Shown here piece by piece: positions 39,458 to 52,050 of a DNA stretch of 64,000 nucleotides. Numbering within the stretch: the first letter of the stretch is position 1; each line of letters opens with the position of its first letter. The translations under genes were made by a program, and so were the position numbers. The notes beneath the pieces are model-generated. The model did no database searches. It worked only from the letters and a program-made list of their open reading frames with translations, and was not told the origin of the DNA. This DNA is from Ophelia neglecta (lineage: Eukaryota). Where the stretch lies: assembly GCA_965285935.1 (NCBI GenBank), contig OZ260662.1, positions 107,818,001-107,882,000 of the forward strand, read 5' to 3'.

Positions 39458-39649
39458 GTGAGTATCATAAATTTAATTGGTTATAAATTATATACGAAAA
39501 TATGTTCTAGTGAATGAAGTTTAATAAATGGAGATTTCTTATCAAATATATACTCGTAGGCACATGAAGTATGTTGAAGAGTCGAAATAATGTGGCATTT
39601 GATTTGGCTTTTTTTCTCAATGCAAAGTCACTGAGAGATAATATTCTGA

Positions 39650-42560
39650 TAAACCCCTCCCTCAGGGTGACACATACTGAGACGCCCACAGGGATAAAAC
39701 TGGGTTGGAAAAAACTGAAAACTGATGAAATACTAAATACTTACAGCTTATCAGTGTCCCGAGAACTGCAGTACGCCCTACCTGTGATCAGTGACTTAAA
39801 GACTGAAAACTGCATAGAACTATCGGCCAATAAAATCATGAATATCTTGACCACCTCGGCTGAGAATACAATCCCCACAGTCGGATTCAAAAGATGGATA
39901 AAACCATATTGGAACACCGACCTAAATGGGAAAAAAAAGCTCAACTGGCCGCCAGACAAGCCTGGGTAGCTGCAGGGAGGCCAAGAAACGCCGATAATGA
40001 AATATTCCTGCGGTACAAAACATACAAGACTCAATATAGAAAAGAGCGGAGGAAAGCCATACACGAGGAAGATGACAAGGCACAGGAAGAAATCATCTCT
40101 TCTGGGGAAATCAACCAAGACTATTACTGGCGCCTTGTGAAAAGAAAGCTGAAACCTGGTTGCGAGTTAAAAGTGCAACTCATTGAAGATGATAGCGGCC
40201 GACTACTGACTGACATCAATGAAATACGCCAAGAGTGGCGAAGCTATTTCATTAAACTCACTAGCCCAAATGAAGATGTCAGCTATCAAAGCGATTTTAA
40301 GACCATAGTTGATGGGCAAGTTGGCAAATACCTACATTCTTCCCAACTAGACGGAGACACCATACTCAACTTGCCAATCTCTATGGAAGAAATCGCCTAT
40401 ATGTCTTGTCGCATGAAGCTAGGGAAAGCCGGCGGAGTCGACGGATTAACTGCCGAGCACATTAAATATGGTGGCGACCGTCTCTTTGAGGCTTTGACTC
40501 TCCTGTTCAACGCTATCGTGCTCTTGGAATACATCCCACCCTGTTTTAAAAAAGCCATCGAGGTCCCAGTATTCAAAGGTGGCTCCAAAGACTCTAAGAA
40601 GAAAGACAGTTATAGAAAGATAAGCCTGCTGCCAGTCATCAGTAAACTCTTTGAAGGGATTATGAAGCAGAGGATCGAGGCATGGACGAAAAATAGCGGA
40701 CTGATAAATGATCAGCAGGGTGCGGCCCTAGAACACTGCTCCAGCAAACACCCTGCCTTACTTCTCAGGCAGACCGTTTACGAACTGTTAAGCAATGATC
40801 AGACTGTTTATGTAACACTCCTGGACTGCCGTAAAGCTTTCGATAGCGTCTGGATAAATGGGTTACTCTATAAGCTTTACTCCATTGGAATAAGAGGTAA
40901 ATCACTTCGACTTCTCAAGAATTGGTTCACCAATTTTATGTGTGCAGTTAGAATCGGTAACGACCTCTCGGCGTGGTTTGAGTCTCACCAAGGACTCCAT
41001 CAAGGCGGCCTATTGTCCATGCTATTGTTTATACTGTACTTTAACGACTTATTGAACGACCTATCAACAAGCAGAAAGGGTGCGATCATCTACGGGTTAG
41101 ACTCCTCCTGCCCAAGCTTCGCGGATGATGTAACTCTGGTGGCCACCGATCCCACTTACATGCAGGCTATGTTAGACACTGCACATACTTACGGTACAAA
41201 GTGGCGAATGGATTATAATGTAGCAAAATGCGAGACTTTGGTTTTCGGCCGTAACCAATCAAAAACACCGACTTACCTTGTGGGATCAGGCACAATACCC
41301 CTCACAGATAAGACTACACACTTAGGAACCCCTCTGGCTATATCTCGGAGAGCAATGCTACAGCTGCTCCAGGGAAGAACGGAGAAAGCCAGTAGAACTC
41401 TTCATTCCCTTCTAGGAAGTAGCACAACACATGGAGTTTTTAACTCACGTACCTTGTCTAAGTTGTACTGGTCAGTTGTGATCCCTGGTTTCCTGTACGG
41501 AATCGAACTCTTGGGCTTGTCATCTCACGAAATTAGTGTATTAGAAAAAGAGCATCGAACGATGGCTAAGTTGATACAAAACCTCTCACCTAGAACTTGT
41601 AACTCGGCAGTCCTCGCTTCCTTAGGGTGGCGAACAGTGGAGTCATATCTGGACTTACAGAGGCTCACATCTCTACGTGACTTGATGAGCCTCGACCCAA
41701 GAAATAGGTACAGAACACTGACCATTAGAGCTCTCACCAATTACTTTATAGATGGAATATTACCTCGAGATAGTCCCCTCGGTGTGTTCGTTCAATCTTA
41801 CGAAAAGTATGACCAACTAGACACCCTACGATCTTGGTTGAGATATGGTGCGACCCCCCCCAGAAATCAATGGAAGGCGCACTCAAGGAATATTACGCTA
41901 TCCGCTCTTGAAAACACTTGGCGGATTGAGTGTGAAATGTCCCCAACCCTGACTGTTTTCCGTCAACTGATGCCTAGATATGCCCCGTTTGAATGGTGGA
42001 AATATGCGTCAAGTATGAAAGCTGTACGAGGTACTCAGTCAATCCTAAAACTGGCCACAGAGACCTCCGCCTTATATTCACATGCTGGTAAATTTGTGAA
42101 CATAAACGGAAACTGGTGCCCTTTGTGTTTCAGTCCTGGGGACAACCTCAACCATTTCCTTACCCAGTGCGACGCTCTGACAGACATGCGAAACCCCCTA
42201 TACGCAAAACTAAACCCCAACCTATTGCAAACGAGGCCCAAGGTGATCATTGCATAACTCTGTTATCCTGTCAATCGTACACCCCTGAATCAAGGACGGC
42301 TGTGTTAGAATGCATAAATGATATGTACTATCAATATATATTAAGATCACGTACACGGAATGATATATAGTGGTTATCGAAATTAAATGTACATAAAATC
42401 GTAGTCTTACGAATTGCTGAAACCTCATAATAATATCGTATTTATGAACAATTGTTTGCTAATCTATTCTTCAATGTATTATACCTCTTAAACTTTAATG
42501 TATGTACTTTATCATCAAATTGTAACTCTTCGGAGAGCGGAGGATAAATAAAGTATATAT
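39650..42560 (+). mobile_element. 5'-truncated LINE A (RTEX-like) with long open ORF2 (RT plus C-terminal CCHC)
   Basis: 787-aa ORF with KAGGVDG, YRKISLL, LDCRKAFDSV, HQGGLLS, FADD and CPLC..HFLTQC. Frameshift at the A-run near 39935; 3' stem-loop plus AATAAA. Confidence 0.92.
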
Positions 42561-43096
42561 AACAGAGGTCAGTATACCATGATTGACCACATATGTGTCC
42601 CAGAGCAGTTGATACCGGATATTAGTTGTTGTTAGGTAATGTTAGATACTTTGAATACATCAGATCACTTACCTGTATACTGTAAAGTCACATGTCACCT
42701 TCCCAGGCATACCTGTGCATACAGAATCAACCTAAATTGGGGTAAAATTAATAAATTAGCCTATACCCAAGCTTTGGATAATAAACTTTTGACACACCAA
42801 CTCGGAGAAACGAACCTACCTGAAAAGAATATTGACGAACTGGCAAACATCCTTAGCGATGCTCTGATAAAAGCGTCGGATTGTGCTGTTCCGAAGTACG
42901 CTGTAAAGTCGTATCAGAACGACTACTGGGATGACGAGCTAGAATTGGCTCACAAACTTCAGCTACAAAAACGCACAGTGTGGGTTAAAGAAGGTAAACC
43001 CAGAGGTCCGGAATATGAGTCTTATAGGGAATACAAGTCGGCAAAAACGAAATTTCGAATAAAACAATATGCCAAGTCTAACAGCCGTTGGAGGTA

Positions 43097-45166
43097 CAGT
43101 TATGCTCGCGACAGGCCGGTCCGATATTTGCCGTCCTGACAAATTTCAGAGCCTCCGTTTGAGATTGCACACTAAAGGTGCGCTCGTAGCAATCTACAAT
43201 GGCGTTGAACCTTCTTTTCTGGGGGGAGATGGAAGGGCGACCTCTGCCCATCACATTACAGTCTGCAGCCCGCTCGGCACAGGAGTACATGGAGCGGGCC
43301 AGCTGCGACACGAAGACCCGGGCCGTGCAGTGATCCAAGATGAGCTTCCTCACTAGATCCGGATCTGCCTCGTAGTTTGGCTGAAGGACGTCCTGTTCAT
43401 TTACACATCGTGCGTCCTCGGGCTGTACAGGTCTGGGGGGCTGATGGGCGGCCTGGGCCGGCGCAGGGGGCTGGACGTGGGGAAGTGCCTCAGGCTATCC
43501 CCCCTGTACCGGCAGTGGTTGGGGGGGAACCTCGATGACGCGTTCTGTTAAATATACATTGTATTTCTAGTTAAAAGTACAGTGGTCCCCCGTTTTGACA
43601 TGTTTATGATACCAATATATTTAAAGTGTTCTTTGGTCTTCCCTTAAGGTTAATCACTTGAGGGGCCTAGTGGCTTTTCTGCGTTCTAGGAAACAATATA
43701 TAGACTTAAAAACTTACCACTCGGGCAGAGTATCCGTGCTGAAAATGTTTCCTCTTTATGGTCCACCTCTACCACTGCATCCTTCTTGATAAACTCTCTC
43801 GCACTCGTAATCTTCTTGATGTCAACTACTGAGGTGGTGTCATCACTGTCACAGTAAACGAGGGCGCACGCCAACTATGGAAAGTCGCTAGTGAAGGTAG
43901 GTAATATTTTCGTACTTAACTTATTACACCTTTGGTCTTAATTGTCTAGGCTTATATATTGATCACATCCCCAAGGTAATACTTTATAAAATTTCTTACG
44001 CGAAATTACTGGATTGGAACTTTACATTTTTAATTAACATTGGTCAAACCTATGGTATTTCACATTAATAGTCGGTTAAGTTAAACACGCAAACATTTGC
44101 CTCTTATTGCGTAATGCCTGTATTGTTCTGCTGTATCGACCATACACAAGCTGTGTACTAGTGAATGTGCGTCTTTGTTTACTGAAATTCAGTTTGAACG
44201 CCCAGTTGTGAACCGGCATTGTTCTCTGTTTGTTTAGTTAACAAGTTTGCGGCTATTCCAAGGCGTCGGATATCTTTGATGTGGATGTGAAGATTGAATC
44301 ATCTAGTGAACATGAAGTAGGCTTAGATAAGCCTCGCTGGCAATAAGTGATGCGCCGCTACTGCTCGAAACAATATTTTTGTCACTCTGTTGAACCTTGT
44401 TTTGCTTTTTCAGGTGCTGCCGAAAGTTTGTGAGGCAAACGGAGGCTATACTGGGTGCTAAATGGCCCTCTTGGATGAATAAAGCATATATATTACGAGC
44501 TACGAACATTGTTTTGTCCATTCCCATACACTTACAATAAAGCATTTAACGGGCTACGAGCATTGTTATGTATATTCCCATAGGCCTACATCTTCCCTAT
44601 TTTGCTCCGTACTTTGTTAAAATAGTAATTACATAAGTTGAAAGTCTGGTATCACTAAAAAAATTTTACTACATAATAATGATACGATTGTGAAAATAAG
44701 TTAAATTGTTTCTAAACCGCTTATGGTATTCCGATATATTGGAACTCGGGCGAACACAGTGTTGAAAGCCGTTAAAGTTGAGACTAGCCAAATAAGCCGC
44801 GTCATAGATTATTGGTGCTCTATTAACATGAAACAATAAATACTTGCATATATCGGGTGAATATGCATACTAGCACTAGTCGCGCTACTTTCAGCCTAAT
44901 TTTACTTCACATTCGACCGTATTCAGACCAAGGACAAGAGGGACTATTTTATGTTCTCACTGATACATGTACATGTATGTAGCAGTGAAGCGTCATTTAC
45001 CGTCGATGTTGCAATAATTTTGCGGTGCACTTAGGACACGACCGCAATAATATTGCGGTTATGTCGACCAGGTATACGACATTATTGCAACATTATTGAG
45101 ACCTCCATGCGACATTATTGCGACCTCATGTTGCAATATCGGACCAGCCTGTCGCGAGCATAACTG
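43097..45166. mobile_element. Non-autonomous TIR DNA transposon with TA target duplication carrying a spliced BEN-domain gene
   Basis: About 32-bp TIRs CAGTTATGCTCGCGACAGGC(C/T)GGTCCGATATT, TA on both sides, subterminal ATTATTGC repeats at 45005-45140. Confidence 0.9.
43130..43874 (-). pseudogene. Transposon cargo gene: small N-terminal domain exon (43874-43718) plus Pro-rich linker and BEN-like domain exon (43544-about 43130), truncated at the TIR
   Basis: GT-AG intron 43717-43545. FVSQLARSMYSCAERAADCNVMGRGRPSISPQKRRFNAIVD fits the BEN consensus. One frame disruption near 43500. Confidence 0.65.
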
Positions 45167-47481
45167 TATGTTCGTAGAAATCGTAAGACCCCAGAGTCTC
45201 TACACCTAATCAAAAACGGGGATGCTACCTACCGTACACCTGTGGAACTGCGGGATTTTTGGGGAGAACATTTCAACCAGCTTCTCAATGAACAACACTG
45301 TGAATCGTGACTGCTGTCAGAGGCTTTCCCAATGGTAAAGCACCGGGGTGGGACAATATTCGTTACGAACATCTGAAATACGCAAGTCCGATCTGTGTAC
45401 GGATGCTATGCCATCTGTTCAACGAAATGACTTCTGCTGTATACATCCCTAAGGCCATCAAGCTTGGAGTGATTATTCCCAGGTACAAAGGTAAAAACAA
45501 ACAGAAAACAGACAAGAATTCTTATAGAGGTATCACGCTATTACCAACAATTATAAAATTGTACGAAAAGCTGATATGGACCAGATGGCAACCACTCCTC
45601 CATGACATACAATTTCCATGCAAATTACAGCACTCGAAAAAGGAATCCAGCAATATAATGTTGTCATTTTCTGTTCAAGAATCCATTCACCACTTTATAG
45701 AAAGGGGAAGCAAGGTCTATGTGGCCCTGCTGGACTCTGAAAAGGCGTTCGATCGTGTCTGCTGGGATGGCCTTCTTCTGAAGCTCTTCCGGTTAGGTGT
45801 CACCGGTAAACTTTGGCATCTGATCCGAATGACCCTAGTTGAATCCACAATGTCTGTACTGGTCAGCGGCTCGATGTCAAACGAGTTTCCAATATCTCGT
45901 AGTATTAAACAGGGAGGCATGCTCTCCATGTTTTTGTACTCTGTATCCTACATGGACATACACGAGCACGTTGGAAGTAACGGAGATAGTCGTAGATGGC
46001 ATAGACGTGGGCTCACCTACCTTAGCAGACAATACCGCCCTGATGTCCCCAACCGTCTCAGGGTTGCAGCGAATGCTGGACTCCGCTGCTTTGTACTCAA
46101 GAATGTGGCGCCAACGCTTCTCTGTAGCTAAAAGCAGAGTATTAGTATTTGGTGAGAAGAAAATCAGTAATGCCAAGAACATGGAACTGCGCCAGTGGAA
46201 GCTCTACTCGGAGAATCTGGAAGAGGTCACACACGAGACCCACGTGGGTATTACCTTCTGCTCGTACTTATCGTCTTCTCTGAGAACAACGGAGGCGTGT
46301 AAAAAAGCGAGGAGACAAATGGCAGGCATGGCTGCAGTGGGCATAAACCCACATGCCTGAACCCACTCACATCGGCCGGCCTCTGGACTAAAATTGGCAT
46401 TCCCTCCTTTCTCCATGGAGCCGAACTGTGGAATGACCTATCTCCACAGGAACTGCAAGACTTGGAACGAACTCAAAAGTTCATCGCGAAAAGCATACAG
46501 GGCTTCCCATTGAGAATGCATGACGAAATGGCGAGGGGTATGCTTGGGTGGATGTCTATTCAAAGCATAATTGAGAATAGGAAATTGATGCTTTTAAATA
46601 AATTTTGTAACTTGTCAGAAAACCACTTGGCAAAAGATGTATTTAACCTTAGATTGCGATCATACTTGGAGAGATCACGTAAAGGTTTGAAAGTCAATGG
46701 TTTTGTTCCTGATATTTTTAATGTATGTAAGAAATATGAATTGTCGGAATACTTACATGTATACTGTGATGCTGGTAGTTTTCCATCGAAATCCGAGTGA
46801 AAATTGATAATAAATGAGGGAATCTGTGCTTTAGAAACACATCAGTGGGCTTTTTTGATGTCAAACAAACCCGGGTGTCACGTACTATGCTTATGGGGAA
46901 GAGTTGTCTCCAACTGTTCTGTACCAGTTTTCTAGACGGAATATAGAGTTACAGAACGGCGTAATTAACCTACTGTGGCTCTTCTTTTTATACAACAACA
47001 GTATAAAAGTATCATATGCTCTGTGTAAATCTGAGGTACTATGTCCATTTAGTCATTTGTTTTGTAAAGGTGGTTGTGCTTTGTTAGCAGACGTGCGTCA
47101 CCTATTTTGGACAGAGCTGTGTAACTCAATTAATGTGGATACTTATGTAAAGTTGGATCACTTGGTGGATATAGGTCTGATTGTTACTCTTTTAGGCAGT
47201 GAAAGTTGCATTGTTATGGATAAATCTGATCTGGATACTATATTGAAACAAGTGTGTATATTCTATGGGCCTTTCTGTAAATCAATGTACACATATAGTT
47301 ATGTGAACCCATCGGAGCGTACCTACATTGATTGAATCGCCGATGTAGGCATCGGTATTATTGTTGTATATATATTTCACCCTCTACATAACTATGCTTG
47401 TTAACATTGTTTGAATTACTGTATTGAATGTAATGCTCTCATTGAGTTGAGGATAATAAAACAATCAATCAATCAATCAAT

Positions 47482-47620
47482 ATACTGGCGCACGAGTGTG
47501 CGTATATAGTGTATATATGTATGTAATTATTTCTTATGTTCTCTTGTTTGTATCTCCCTTGTATTTTGCTCTCCAGAAAATGGAGGAAAATAAACAAATA
47601 ATAAAAAAATAAATAATAAA
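47482..47620 (+). mobile_element. 3' tail of a third LINE
   Basis: CTCC-AGAAAAT-GGAG hairpin, GAAAATAAA and A-rich tail, similar to the ends of LINEs A and B. Confidence 0.6.
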
Positions 47621-48379
47621 GCCAAATTACTAATCTACCATAGTCCATAAATAGGTATCAGGAACCAGCAGCCACAGCCCAACACCCTTCAATACATCAA
47701 TATCCATCTCCATCTCCAAATCTGTAATTAATCTTGTAAAGCAAATTAAAATTTCGTTGCTCTCACTTTGCTGTATGATGCGGTAAATTAAATTACCATG
47801 CTCAGTGGTGAGGATGTGCAAAAGCCTCTGATAGATTTTTGTCATTATGCAGCAGATGTCCAATGATAGTGGTCATTCCCAATATCTCTTCGCTCTTGGC
47901 CACGTGAGAGTTTATAGGGCTGGAAAAACCGCGATGGGTCCCGACTAATGTTTTTTTCGGTTACGAATGCTGAAATCATAAAAGCTTTTCTAATTGACTC
48001 CAACGTTACCACTTCCGAAATAGGGCGTAGTGACTCGACAATTCAACGAGGAGGGACACTTTTTAAATCTTTAGGATAATTCTTTCTTTTGGGATTGCCT
48101 TATTTTGGCGAGTTTCGATTTAAAAAGGGGAGCGGCAAACTTTAAAGGCGAGGGGCGAGTTGAGAAAAATGCAAGAGTTATACGGATGTTTCCAAACATC
48201 TGTCAAAACCGGCAAATTTAATTTGAAGTAACACTCTTAAAAACTATTTAAACATCCACTACAAACGAAATAAAAATTCAGCAATTGAATGTCCTATTAT
48301 GAATGTTTTGAATGTTATGCAAGATACTACTTCGTATGCACTTTTTGCTTGAAAGTATTTTATTGAATATTTTTACATT

Positions 48380-49950
48380 CAAAGAGATTCATATACATAC
48401 ATACATTCAAAACACATTGATCCTTCCCCTTTGGAGCTTAGCTGCCTTATTATATTTTTTACTTCATAAAAGAACCCGTGAATACATCACTACCAACAAA
48501 GGCAAAACTTTTATGTTAGCTCGTACGTCACATGGGAACAGCAAACAAACAGCTTTGAAGAGCACATTCGTAATGGAATGCATGAAAGCAAAGATAGCGA
48601 GTTGACGCAACGATGCTTGCTTTTGGCCGGGGCAAAAACATCTTTTCATGATACCGGCTCTCATAAAACACGAATGTAAACAATACATAATGCCTTTCAA
48701 TGATATATATTGTTTCCATTTCATAAATAACATAGAATCACAAGGTGTAGGTATTCACTATGCATAAAAGCAACTACAAGTGAACATAGTAAAACACTTA
48801 AATAACTCTGGACAGAAGTATAGAAACATCTGACGTAGAGCAAAAACAAAAAAGTGAATAGATAAACCCTACAGCAATACAAACTTGCAAGGCTGACGAG
48901 TTAACTAGAATACAAGCATCTCAAAGTAATAAATTAGCGTAATAATACCGCCAGACTAAGATTGGCTGATTGGTTGGGTATCAGTCAGTTTAAAAGTATG
49001 AAATACTAATGCCGCGAGCTTCTTTAACACATGTCCAATTTTTCGTGGATACAAGTTTATTTAACTTAAGCATATTTGGGCGGACCCGATAATACAATGG
49101 TAAATATGTAGATCATAGCGAACTTAATTTAGTGCAGTCAAGGGGGAAATGAAATTAATCTTCAAGGACTTCCCACAGAGAACACTTCTGGTCATTGTCT
49201 CCACTATTAATCTATAGTTAAACGTTCGAAACCTAGAAAAAGCAATTGCATATATATGTACCCCAACCATTTCCAAATGGCGAGAATAAACCAGAGAGTT
49301 GTGAAAGAGAAAATAAGCTGACCCACTAGTTTGGTTCAACAGGGAAGAGTGCCAGTCTTGAATGTAAAGGTTGGAGACCCTATGACAAAACATGGCTGTA
49401 AAAGCCTATGGATTGCCTATCCCCTGCGAAACCAGAGGCCTCCAAACCTCGGAGAAAGTAATAAATTCATAACATGGCCCATTGAATTCAGCCTTTTGCA
49501 AGGAAGTAAAAGTCAGTATTTGTGCTTTATTTTCAATTTTTATGTCAATCTGTGTAAGTCTTAGTAATGCAGTATTGCAATTCGTTTACCTTGTTGTTGT
49601 ATTGTTGGAATGGTTGCCTGCATGTATCACAAAAAAATGCAGTGCGTACGATATTCAGACTTTAATTCAAGACATTATATAACCATATGTATAGAAATTA
49701 CTAGTCATGAGTGTTCAATAAATTTTACAATGCCCTCATCATATTAATATGTATGTCATATATATCTCAGCACTATAACATGGATTTTGCAATTCATTAG
49801 AAGATCGAAGTTGGACCCATTGACTTTAAAGAACATAAAGTTGTCACAGTCAAATGGCATAGTATACTAAACATGGCTCTTATATCGGCTGGACGAAAAG
49901 TACGCAGATTGTGAAAAGAATAATATGACTAATTCAATGTTCAAAATGTA
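48380..49950 (-). mobile_element. Highly degraded LINE C-terminal remnant(s)
   Basis: Residual coding similarity (IQDWHS.., FSRFRT.NYRLIVE..) with many stops. Confidence 0.5.
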
Positions 49951-51099
49951 ACTGTAAAAATAATCGCAATAATTTCAATTCAAAAAGTGTTTATTTATTC
50001 CTGATTGGTACATATATACATTTAAAACATCAACACAATATACGTGAAATAGCAGAAGCAAAGGGCAGTGGACTCTTAGGCAGGAGAATGAGTTCACCAA
50101 TAAAATACAATAATAACATACATAAGTGTGTCCAAAGCAGTGCAAATGGTTCAAATATAAATTCAATTAGTATTATTTAAATCAACATTTAAACAAATAG
50201 GCCTAGTGATTGAGCTTCATAAAACAATTGTTCATAAAGAGAGAAACAGTGAAATGGCATTTTATTAAATATAGTTCTTTATCTTATTCTCATAATTTGA
50301 AAGACAACACTAACATTCAACTCTAAATGATAATAAATTCCATAATATTACACCTTTAACTTTTATTGTATTTGAAAATGCCGACGTTTTGACATAGGGA
50401 CATGGACTTGCGAGGCCTGCCTAGTATTAGTATACATGTCAATGTCCTTATTTCTAGTAAAAAATCATTGAACATTTTAGGTAGTTGCTGATGCTTAATT
50501 TAAACATAAGTATGGCCATCGAATAGAAATTTAATTCTTTTTAACTTGCTGTACGTTAAGTTACTAAAACAAGGTGATAATATTATGAAGAAGAATATAG
50601 ATTTTTCACAACCCGTTTTTGCATTTTGAAATTTTGCAACAAAAGATAGGTACATGCGGCGCACTAAACTTCAATACAATAGTGTATGTATGGATAAACG
50701 GAAGATTAACATAATGTTACAAGAGTCGATATATTAAGAGTTTTAGTAGCTTAATACAAAACACCTATACCAATGGAGATTTTTGGTCTTAGCACAGAAA
50801 TATGATCTGACAATTTTAGTTGTTTATCTTTTATGATGCCTAAATTGTTTATGTTACTAAACTGGTCGAGAGATATGCCTGCAAGAACCACATTAGGGTC
50901 TAATAATTACAACATGTTCCTTCCTACGCATAACAGTAATGAAAAAAGTTTGTTTTCTTAACATAGAATGCTTATTTGCATGTAACCTCACCAGTAACTT
51001 GGCTTGTTCCTCATTCATTGTTTGTATTAGCTGATTAATATTTTGCCATTAATAAAAACATATGTATCACCAGCAAAAAAATTGGAAAAAAACGCAACT

Positions 51100-51640
51100 G
51101 AGGGGTTAGTGATGTCGTTAACATATATTAAAATAACAGTGTTCCTAGTTGTAACCTCTGTGGCACTTCACAATTAAAAACCATCTTTTGATGATTTAAT
51201 CAATAAAAATAAAAATAATGCTGTCAATAAGATAAATAGCTCTGACACTAACTTAATGCTGAACCCCCATACCATATGTATAAAGCTTATCGAGAAATTT
51301 GTTATGATTCACAGTATCAAACGCCTTATTGAAGTCTTCAAATACACCTAATACACATGCATCATTGTGCAAAGAATTCAATATTTCATTTATTAATTCA
51401 ACGAGGGCAGTATTTGTACAATATTTTCGCATAAGCCAAATTATGGATAATATACTCTTTCATGATTATTTATATATTCCATAAGTCTTGTGTAAATTAG
51501 CTTCTCCGGTACTTTAGAGAATACAAACAGAATAGGAATAGGCTTATTACTAAGAATCATTTTATTGTCGCTTTAATGAAGAGGAATGACACTTACAATC
51601 TTTAATCCATCAGGAAAAACCTCCCTGTTCCAGTAATACA
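51100..51640 (-). mobile_element. Degraded L2/Crack-type LINE RT fragment
   Basis: GVFEDFNKAFDTVNH-like and PIPILFVFSKVPEKL motifs. Confidence 0.6.
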
Positions 51641-51650
51641 TTATGTGTGT

Positions 51651-51853
51651 CTTGTAAAAAGTGACTTTAGTTTATACATTCCTCGTATCTTGTCACAAAA
51701 CTTGTAAAAGCCTCAGCTCAGTATGTATATATATATACGTGGCTTGTAAAAAGTGACTTTAGTTTATACATTCCTCGTATCTTGTCACAAAACTTGTAAA
51801 AGCCTCAGCTCAGTATGTATATATATATACATGGCTTGTAAAAAGTGACTTTC
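51651..51853. repeat. 92-bp tandem repeat (2.2 copies)
   Basis: CTTGTAAAAAGTGACTTT starts at 51651, 51743 and 51835. Confidence 0.9.
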
Positions 51854-52050
51854 GTAAATACAGACTGAAATGAATTATAAAGGGTATCTGCTCTCAAAGA
51901 CACATACATGAGTGTCAGCAGCTAAGATGATATATCGTTTCAAGCACATACTGTACTGTTATTTTCAAAGTATATGATGTACCTTTTATATAACAAACAT
52001 CATTTTTTACAGTCTCAACTCTACATTTATACGTGGTTTGAAACAAGTTA

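Larger units (their letters stand above)
42561..47481 (+). mobile_element. LINE B (RTEX-like), degenerate, interrupted by a DNA transposon
   Basis: APE endonuclease C-terminus IDHI..SDHLP; RT YRGITLL, LDSEKAFDRV, KQGGMLS, LADN; (CAAT)n tail. The frame rejoins (WRY|VRRNRK) when 43097-45168 is removed. Confidence 0.9.

Noticed and set aside
47625-47720. First exon of a second CYP paralogue (similar to 14600-14720)
   Set aside because: A third copy at about 34260 and inconsistent reading frames show it is a dispersed repeat.
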